Made by a program: the position numbers and the translations under genes. From Paraspadella gotoi (lineage: Eukaryota > Animalia > Chaetognatha), in NCBI GenBank assembly GCA_051294375.1, contig CM119267.1, forward strand, positions 9,139,709 to 9,203,708: a DNA stretch of 64,000 nt, written 5' to 3'. This document shows positions 45,101-64,000 of the stretch, in pieces (the stretch's first letter is position 1; each line of letters starts with the position of its first letter). The notes below the pieces were generated by a model. The model was not told the origin of the DNA. It did no database searches and was given only the letters and a program-made list of their open reading frames with translations.

Positions 45101-48100
45101 CGGGGAGCAAATCGAGGAAGTGAAAGAGGATCGCGTTATATGCAAATCTGGTCTGATCATAAGGGACAAGGTTAATTTCGTGTCTTCCGTTTCTAGTGGT
45201 TCGTCCGTAAAAGCCGCCGTAATTGATGTCGATCCCGTCACTGGCGACTTTTTCGGCACACTCGATCCCGACTTGGTTTCATCGATGAGTTTTCTCGAAG
45301 CAGATCCGCCCGAGCAATTCGAAGTTGTCGTTCTTCGCGTTCACGCGCCTCGTTACGCGATTGGAGTTTGGCGTCAAAAAGATCGAAAACCACTCATCTT
45401 ACACGTCGCAGCTCAAAAGTTTTACAACGACGTCGAATTTTCAGAATCTCTCCAAGTCGGGAAGCCGATCAAAGTGACCAACTTCAATCGACATCCTCTT
45501 CCGTTTTGTGTGCCAGTAGAATTTGTCAACTCTCAATTTCATTTGAAAGAAAAACGAAAAGAAAAGGCAGCGAAGACTCAAAATGAGACGGTCAACGATC
45601 TTCTGTCGAAGGACATGGAGATGTTTTATCGCATTAATCCGCTGGAAGAGGTAGGGCTGAAGCAAGGCGCTCTCATTGTCGTCACTGTCAGCGCGATTAA
45701 GGACAAATTTGTGCAAATCCTTATTGACGGCCGTATTCCCGGGAAAATATGCAAAAGCGAAATCGCGGATACTATCGAGGGTGAAAAACCGCAGTCCATC
45801 AAAGTTGGTCATCCGATCAAGGTCCGCGTCGTTGGTACATCTTTATTTGACCCTACCATGGAGGTGAGCTTTCCTCTCGGGGTTAATTGTTCTCCGATGA
45901 CGGACACTGACAAGTTGTGGGCCAAAAAGTTTGTCGTGGAAGCTACTATGAGACGCAATGTCGTCTCAAAATCTTCCTCCAGTCTCCACTTGAACCGTAC
46001 CCCCCTGTTGATAGGGCGATCAGTTTTTGGGTATGTTTTCGCCTACGAACATGACGCTAAAAGAATAATTCTTAAAATCACCCACTTTACCTATGGAATT
46101 CTGCCGTTCGTTCACGCCACAAAATGCGTCAGTCACCTTAAGAATGTTGAAAAATATTTCCCAATAGGCTCCTCGGTCAAAGTACTGGTTGAGTCCAAGC
46201 TTGACAATTACTGTTACGCCGTCACTGTGGCCGGAGTAACGTCTGCTCGGATCAAACCGTTTTCCCGCATTTTAGGCGAAGTGGTAAAAGTGACGCCCTT
46301 GTGGGCTTTTGTGAGTCTTAAGGATGAATCTGAAGGCAGAATTCACATTACCGACGCTAGAGATATGTACGGGAGAGATCCGATGTCATTAATTTTTTAT
46401 GAGGGACAAGTCGTGAACTGTTTCGTCAAATCGGGACCGACTGAACAAGATCCTTTCTATTTATTATCGACCAGAAAGAGCCGCTTGAAAGGTTTCTTCT
46501 CCTCCAAAGACATGGAAATAAGATCCTCGGACGACGTCTTTCCCGGCGCACTAATCGGCGGTTTTGTCGCTGAAACTGTTTCGACGAACGCAGATGATCC
46601 TCTGGTCAGGGTTGACGTTCAAATCAGCCCCGATGTAATGGTCGTTGTCGAGAGGGAGTACATGCCGTTTGACCTCACGGCCAAAATGATGTACTGTGGA
46701 AAATGGGTGAGGGTGAGCATTATCGAGAAGACTGTGGACGAAAAAGGTACCATCGTGATCAAGGGATCCTTAAGGAATCAAGAGACGAACGTCGGTGAAC
46801 TGTACCTTCAAAAGGAAGAGTTCGTTGCGGATGGAGTGGCGGTTTCGAGAGAAAAACGAAAGAGGACAGTTACGGAAAAAGAAGTGAGTGTTTCTCCGAA
46901 AAAGTCGAAAGTATTGCACCAAGACAAGAAAGAAAAAAAAGTTGAAAAGATAAAAGATAAAAAGAAGAAAAAAGTAAAGAAGTCCTCGACTTTTGAGGAT
47001 GAAGCAAACGAATCACTAAAACAATCGGAAAGTGTAAAAGCTTTAAGATTACCGCTCGAATGTTCCGGGTGGGATTTCAACTTTTGCGGTGGTGATCCCA
47101 AATTCTCTTTTACAAAAACTGAAACTAAAGTTCAAACCGAAGTAACGAAAACATCAGACGAGACTCCGGACGACGTTATTCGGTCAGGCGTCGTTGACGC
47201 AAACACCAAAGGACGCCACGCCGCCTTGATGGAAGAGGAAAAGACCATCCATGCTAAAGAAAAAGAATTGCTTTTGAGAGAATCACCCCAAAGCTTGGAG
47301 GATTTTGAGCGCCTCGTCGTTTCCAGTCCCAATGAATCCATGGCTTGGATCAAATTCATGGCCTTTTGTCTCCAGGAGTCGGAAGTCGAAAAAGCCCGTA
47401 ACGTGGCTCAACGAGCCCTGAAGGCTATCAATTTTCGTCGAGAGGACGAAAAGATGAACGTCTGGGTGGCGTTGCTCAATCTGGAAATGAACTATGGTTC
47501 AGAGGCGGATGTACTGGAAACCTTTAAGCGCGCCGTTCAGGAGAACGACGAGCTAAAGATTAAGCAACACATGGCGGTAATCTACTCTGAAGCGGGCAAG
47601 TTTGAATTAGCGGAGAAATTTTACTGTTCGTTGGTTAAAAAGTTTCCAACGGAGAAGCAAGTGTGGTATTCCTTCTTTCAACTTTATTTCGATCACAAGA
47701 AAAAGGTAAGACTATTGAAATAGGGTTTTGTTTGCTTTCAAAGAAGAACAATTTTCGTAAATCATTTTAATATTCTCAGGATGCAGCACGTCGTTTAATG
47801 GAACGCGCCGTTTCGACATTGACTCCAAAACTTCACATACCAATCTTGACTCGTTTCGCTGGCCTTGAGTTTAAATCGGGAGACGCCGAGCACGGTCGCA
47901 CAATCTTCGAACAAATCCTGGCCAATTTCCCAAAGCGAGTCGACGTCTGGAACTTATACGCTGACAAACTCGTTGTTGCTGGCGACATCGACGGCGCGCG
48001 CGCAGTTCTAGAACGTGCTTCTAGTCTCCAACTCGGGCCTTGCAAGATGAAGCCAATATTCAAAAAATATCTCGCTTTTGAAAAAGAGCATGGCACTGAA

Positions 48101-48178
48101 AACGAAATCAACGAAGTCAAAAGAAAAGCAGTCAATTTTGTGGAAAAAAAGAGAGAAGCTCTGTCCGAAGACGATTGA
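42172..48178 (+). CDS. PDCD11: RRP5 homolog (S1 repeats + C-terminal HAT repeats), multi-exon
   Basis: N-terminal EENFPRG, SVEDHGY, multiple S1 repeats, DFERLVVSSPNESMAWIKFMAF, INFRREDEKMNVWVALLNLE and GRTIFEQILANFPKRVDVW. Confidence 0.92.
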
Positions 48179-48406
48179 CGGTTCGATATTAAAGTTAATT
48201 GTGGTTTGTTTTTTTTTTCTGTGACTATCAGACTACAATTAAAATATTTTTTGTTATTGTTGCGGACTTTAATCGGGTCTTTGTTATCACGGTTTTTGTT
48301 TTCTAGTGTTTTGACTTAATACAGTGTTCAACTTGTACTGGCATTTCTTAGCGCCATTCCCTGGCGTGATTTATTAAACTTTTATAATTATCGCTTTTCG
48401 ATCACG

Positions 48407-51400
48407 ATGGGGTCACCGTCGAAACGCGTTTCGAAAGATCTCTTTTCCGCGCTCGAGATATCCGACCAAGCGGACGATATTATGGACCGCGGTTTGAGGG
48501 CCGCGGCTCGTAACTCGTGGTACTTCGAATGCGCCTGGGAAGTCGCCAATAAAGTCGGCGGCATATACACGGTTATCAGGTCAAAAGCCGGTAAGCCGAA
48601 AAGTTCTTTTACAATGTATATCAATTAATTCAACGCATAATTTATAGGAGTAACGATTGAAGAACTCGGCGATCAGTATTGTCTTCTCGGTCCCTTTAGC
48701 GAATCGTGTGTAAGAACCGAGGTCGAAATTCTAGAGCCCAGTTATGAAGGCCAGACGAGGTAAGCTTTAGTAGAATAAATATAATTTTATTAAATTTGTC
48801 CTTTTTCAGTTTAAGCTAGTCAGAATTAGGGTTCCGTGAACTGTTAATTTTTGAGGAACTTCGCTTAACCGTTAAAACTAACATTTTTAACGGTTACCCT
48901 TTAAAATCGGTTAATTTTAAAATTTTACTTTAAATTTAAAATATTATTATTTAAATCAAACTAAAGTATTTAATGGTATTTTATCTTTAACTCTTGCTCC
49001 TGAATCTTCTTTATCTTCTATTTGAGATAGATTAGGTACACATTTTAGTTGGTAAATGAAAAATTGGTTTGAGCAAACTATCTTGAATCTATCTTGATAA
49101 TTTAGCTAATCAGTTAATGCATCGTGATAAATCTTATATACAAAACTTTTTCTTTTGCCTCATAGCATCATAAAAATATACAAAAAGACAAAGAAAAACC
49201 ACAATGTAATTCTAATTCTATATTTTGTTTTCTCTTGTTTTCTCTTTCTCTCTCTCTCTTAATCTTTCGTTATTTCTCATCATTATTTTTCTAGTTGTTA
49301 GAAAATAAGTAAGAAAAACAAAAAAACACTGGAAGGGCAGAAAAAAAAAGGAAAGGTAAAAGAAAAGGGGGGGGGAAAGGAAAGAAAATAAACGAAGAAA
49401 AGAGAGTGGAAAAGAGAGAGAGAAAAAGAAAGGTACAGAAAGAGATAATGTGGGGGGAAGAAAGATTAAGTGAGAGATTAGGATAGAAAAAAGATTAAAA
49501 GGGTTAAAAATAACAAAGGAAAAAAACGGAAAAAATTGAGAAGAGAAGTGAAAAAATATGGTGATAAAAAGAGAGGAGAATAAGACATGACAGGAAAAAA
49601 AATACTTTTAAAAAATCAAAGATTTTATACCAAAAAATTTTAAAAATCATATCTAAGAATTAACCGAATTTAACCGTTAAATTAAATATTTTAACGGTTA
49701 GGTTAAAATTATTTTTAACCGTTAACAGTTATCGTAATCCAAGTCAGAATAAAAGAAGTCTAATTAAAAATACTTAAGTAAAATTAGTTTCATTTTACTT
49801 TTAATAACGAGTGGCAAACTTTTTTTATTTTTCATACAGATTTCTCCGACGCACTCTCGACTCCATGCGATCTCGCGGCGTAAAGGTGACTTACGGTCGT
49901 TGGCTCATAGAAGGCTACCCACAAGTCGTCCTCTTTGACGTTGGCTCGGCCTCGTGGAAATTAGACGATTCGAAACAAGAATTGTGGAACGTGTCGCACA
50001 TCGGCGTTCCTTGGCACGACAACGAGGCCAACGACGCCGTAGTTTTCGGATGTCTCGTCTCTTGGTTCGTTGGAGAGTTTTTGAATCAGTTGCAACTGGA
50101 AGGATCCGACGTCTCGCCCTCTTGGTCACCGACCTCGGAATCGCGAACGTCCGACGATTCCCCGACCCATCGCGCGTCCGTCGCCACGAATGGCGGTGGC
50201 TTAACTTCTTCACGACCCTCCTCCCCTCGTATCTCAATTTCACCGCGGATCACCATTCACTTTCACGAATGGCTCTCCGCGGTAGGTCTTATTTTCTGTC
50301 GCACCCGAAAGCTCAACTTGTCGACGGTTTTCACGACACACGCTACTCTGCTCGGCCGGTATCTATGCGCCGGCAACGTCGACTTTTACAATAACCTCGA
50401 GCATTTTGATCTGGACAAAGAAGCTGGCGATCGCCAGATTTTCCACCGTTACTGCATTGAGCGTGCGGCGTGCTCTCTCGCCCACGTCTTTACGACGGTG
50501 TCGCGCATCACGGGCCTCGAGGCGACCCACCTGCTCAAACGCTCCCCCGACATTATCACGCCCAACGGGCTATCGGTCAAAAAGTTCGCCGCACTTCATG
50601 AATTTCAAAATCTTCACGCCGTTGCTAAGGAGAAAATTCACAATTTTGTCCGCGGCCATTTTTATGGCCACTACGATTTCGATCTGGAGAAGACTCTTTA
50701 CTTCTTCATCGCAGGTCGCTACGAGTTTTCTAACAAGGGTGGTGACCTGTTCGTCGAGTCCCTAGCTCGTCTTAATCATCGTCTAAAGGAAATTAAGTCC
50801 GAGGTGACGGTCATCGCCTTTATCATAATGCCCACGCGAACAAATAACTTCAACGTGGAGTCGCTCCGCGGTCAGGCCATCTCCAAACAACTTCGGAACA
50901 CCGTTAACCAAGTTCAGAAAGACATTGGCAATCGACTTTACGAACATTGTCTACGCGGCCACGTGCCTTCGGGCGCCGAAATAATTTTCAAGGAGGACGT
51001 GGTAAAGCTTAAACGCTGCACTTTCAGCGTCGGGCGCACGACCCTTCCACCTGTCTGCACCCACAACGTAATTGAGGACGACGCGGATCCGGTCCTCAAC
51101 TCGGTCCGCCGTTGCCGTCTCTTCAACCATCGCGAGGATCGAGTCAAAATCATTTTCCACCCTGAATTCCTGGTCTCAACGAATCCGCTTTTCGGCATCG
51201 ACTACGACGAGTTCGTCCGCGGATGCCATCTCGGCGTCTTTCCTTCTTATTACGAGCCGTGGGGCTACACTCCGGCCGAGTGCACCGTCATGGGTATCCC
51301 ATCAGTCACGACCAACCTTTCCGGGTTCGGATGCTTCATGGCCGAGCACATTGCCGACCCACTTTCGTATGGCATATACATTGTTGATCGCCGCAAGAAG

Positions 51401-51703
51401 AACCCCGAAGAGAGTGTCAAGCAGTTGGCGCAGTACATGCTCGACTTTAGCCAACTCTCCCGACGTCAGCGGGTTATTCAGAGAAATCGGACGGAAAGGC
51501 TCAGCGAGTTGCTTGACTGGCGAAATTTAGGTACTTATTATCGACAAGCTCGTCGCCTGGGGATCGAACGCGTTTTTGGGGCGCCGGACTGCGCGGAGGA
51601 GGACGTGGACGTCGGATCGCTGCACTATTCTCGTCCCAATTCTGCTCCGCCGACTCCAAAGCAGTCAAGACCCCCGTCGCCGTTCGGGGTTGCCGCAGAA
51701 TAA
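48407..51703 (+). CDS. GYS: Glycogen synthase (GT3), exons ~48407-48590, 48649-48759, 49840-51703
   Basis: [54 protein letters not shown] and [21 protein letters not shown]. Confidence 0.96.
48827..49742. mobile_element. hAT-type MITE in GYS intron 2
   Basis: 8-bp TSD gtcagaat (48819-48826 and 49743-49750), imperfect TIRs tagggttccgtgaactgttaa / ttaacagttatcgtaatccaa, and subterminal taaccg/cggtta arrays. Confidence 0.8.
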
Positions 51704-52261
51704 AGAATATGAAAGACGGTGATGAAGTACATTTTGCTTACGTGAGGTTAGGATTGAACAGTGAGAGAGTTGTTATTGCTTGGACTTAAATTAAATTGAC
51801 TACTTAACTTATTCCTATTTTTTTTTTTTTTTTTTTTGTTACAAGAATTTCATTAGTCTCTTAACTTTAATAGAGTTAGCGTCAGGTCTAAGGACGGGCG
51901 ACATTTTCATTGATGTTTGCATTTTTTCTTTGACTCCTAATGTTTGGTCATTTTTACAATGGCCAAGGAGAGCGAGGAAGGGTTGTTCAAAATGGGAACC
52001 CGTATTATTAACTTAAAAGATGTGTTGTTTGCTGCAAAACCTGGCTGATAAGGGCATTTTTGTTTTTCAGCTTCTAGGGTTTGATTTGTGCTTTTACGGT
52101 GATATAGTTTTAAGCGTTGACATTTTTTAACGATATTTTCTTTTTTCGTTCGTTATAATTTTACTTTTTATTTTTTAAAAATAGTTATACTAATTGTTTG
52201 TCTTTATCTAGTTTGTATTGATTTAAAGTACTATCGACCTAACTTTGAAAAGACAGAGACC

Positions 52262-62274
<10,013 letters not shown>

Positions 62275-62699
62275 AAAGGGATAGTGTAAAAATGACTTTA
62301 TGGAGGAACACGACTTTTTCGTAAGACTCGAAGCCATAGTACTCCTTGTGAATTCCTGAATCAGGATCTTTTCCTGGAATTGTTTCAAAGACGTTCATAC
62401 TTTTTGTTTCATTCCTAAATTGTATCATATCATCTGTACCCCGAAAAGGGTAAATTCCTCACCGTTAATGTTTTTAATTTGAAAACAATTTTGTTCACCA
62501 TACAGAATAAAATAGCGTTTCGTTTTCTCTTATTTATCGTCAGCTTTAATTCCTATATTAGTCTATTATCATTTGCGTTGCAGTCGCCAGAAGATAGTTA
62601 CGACCTTACTAGTTATTGTAGTCCGTCAACTCTCATGTTAGATTCAACCGCGTTTTTCCGACATAAATTCTGGGATTTCCCAGTCTTGACAAAACAGTA

Positions 62700-63959
62700 A
62701 TGGCGGCGGAATTGCTGAGTAGAGCTTCGACTCTGGACCAGCAGTTGGAGCGCGAGATAAAGCGCGTTGACGAGTCGATGTCTATTCTCAATGTTCGCCT
62801 CAAAGAAGCTCTCTCCTCTGTGGAGGCCGCCGCCGAGGAAGCCGAGCGTCGCCTCAAATCCCTCGCTGCCGAACAAATTGAAAATCTCAAGTCCTTGCAC
62901 CATAACAAATTGACGATGCTGGTTGAAAAATTAAATGAATTGCGGACGTCCAAATGTGTGTTAACTACCCGAAGCGCCGAGTGTCGCTTGATTTCCGAAA
63001 GTGAAAGCTGCTCCTCCCGAACAAAGGCGAATTCTCTTTGGGAGTTGGAATACTTTATGAAACAGTTAGATTTGGAATCGACGCAAGATCTCATCGGCAG
63101 CATGTTTCAGCTTTCTTACGACCGGTCAGAATCCGCTTTCCGCAGCTTGGGCCGTATCCAAGGGGGTTACTTGACCCTGAAACACGTTATTATCGCCACT
63201 GATCCGTCAGATATATTGCGCCCGGACAAAGACGGTTGGGTCCCGTTCGTTCTCACTCTTGCCACTGTCGATTTCATGAAGCGCTACTTCGCCCTGCGCC
63301 ACGTCAGATGGTACGACTGCGTTATGTCCGAAGCACGGAAATATTTAAGAATTCGAGTCACCGACCCTAAGTCTAATGATACGGAAGTTCGCGTTTGGTA
63401 CGAACCAAACGCGTCCAATCCCGCGCAAGTCAACGTTGTGGCGCGCTTCCTTCACTCGAGAGATGGCGTTTACGCCATACGAGTTTTTCTAAACGAAGAC
63501 TTGTTGGGCGACGCCCCGCTTCACGTCGCCGTAGTTGCGGGATGTAGCCAGGAAGCGGCGACCCCGCGACGATCGGCGTCAGTTAGTTCCAGTTCTGCCA
63601 CCCGAGAGGCCTTTCGCGACAGCGCGACCAAAGCCATATTTTCTCATCTCGGTCTTAAAAACTCGAGTGTCAAAAACGTCGAGACTCAAACGGATAGTTT
63701 GCTGCTCACAAGATCGAGATCGAAGTCGGTATCGTCGAACTCTTTCGATTCTAATTCTCGTGAGGCTTTTCGAGACAAAGCGAGGAAAGCTATCGTCTCT
63801 CACCTCGAAATAAAAAGCTCCACTTTCAATAACGCCGCCACTCAAACCAACAGGATATTGCTGGGGCTGTCTGCCGACGAGGACCTTTCTGATATCTGTA
63901 CGTCTCAGCTGGAGGGGATATCAAATAAAGAAATCGAGGGTACAACCATTCCATGTTGA
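62700..63959 (+). CDS. Uncharacterised coiled-coil + filamin/Ig-like protein (TRIM-like BBC-filamin module) with a duplicated C-terminal TQT repeat
   Basis: 419-aa exon-like ORF with an N-terminal heptad region. IRVTDP...VVARFLHSRDGVYAIRVFLNEDLLGDAPLHVAV resembles a filamin repeat, and there are two REAFRD..KAI.SHL..K.S...N..TQT units. Confidence 0.6.
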   Translation: MAAELLSRASTLDQQLEREIKRVDESMSILNVRLKEALSSVEAAAEEAERRLKSLAAEQIENLKSLHHNKLTMLVEKLNELRTSKCVLTTRSAECRLISESESCSSRTKANSLWELEYFMKQLDLESTQDLIGSMFQLSYDRSESAFRSLGRIQGGYLTLKHVIIATDPSDILRPDKDGWVPFVLTLATVDFMKRYFALRHVRWYDCVMSEARKYLRIRVTDPKSNDTEVRVWYEPNASNPAQVNVVARFLHSRDGVYAIRVFLNEDLLGDAPLHVAVVAGCSQEAATPRRSASVSSSSATREAFRDSATKAIFSHLGLKNSSVKNVETQTDSLLLTRSRSKSVSSNSFDSNSREAFRDKARKAIVSHLEIKSSTFNNAATQTNRILLGLSADEDLSDICTSQLEGISNKEIEGTTIPC

Positions 63960-64000
63960 CGTTAGTAATTTGTTTTAAAATTCAAGAATCAACTTATCTA

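Noticed and set aside
49230-49600. Purine-rich low-complexity tract
   Set aside because: Interior of the hAT MITE; no ORF or regular period.

Overview
Eukaryotic (animal, probably invertebrate) DNA from a very compact genome, with CpG-rich exons and short AT-rich spliceosomal introns. I read 20 protein-coding genes. Nineteen are co-oriented on the + strand: SRSF10-like (3' part), NTAQ1, PSMD8, MAN2C1, GPD2, a GLUT transporter, MOCS2B, AASDHPPT, a DUF885 protein, a GGQ-less release-factor-like/coiled-coil protein, KRI1, DOHH, NDUFS8, RNGTT, ZC3H3-like, PDCD11/RRP5, glycogen synthase, SNRNP200/BRR2 and a coiled-coil/filamin-type protein. Many are only 31-230 nt apart and have an unpaired splice acceptor just before the ATG, which is the signature of eukaryotic operons resolved by spliced-leader trans-splicing. 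The single - strand gene, a C2H2 zinc-finger protein, is nested in an RNGTT intron. The most striking non-coding signal is a family of intronic palindromic elements carrying minimal Penelope-type hammerhead ribozyme motifs with covarying helices. One copy has a 13-bp target-site duplication, and its empty site is present elsewhere in the window. Large introns and spacers also hold TTAA-, TA- and 8-bp-TSD MITEs, Helentron/DINE-like elements, a probable solo LTR and a tRNA-derived SINE. All gene identities come from recalled motifs and exon boundaries were placed by eye; no searches were run.
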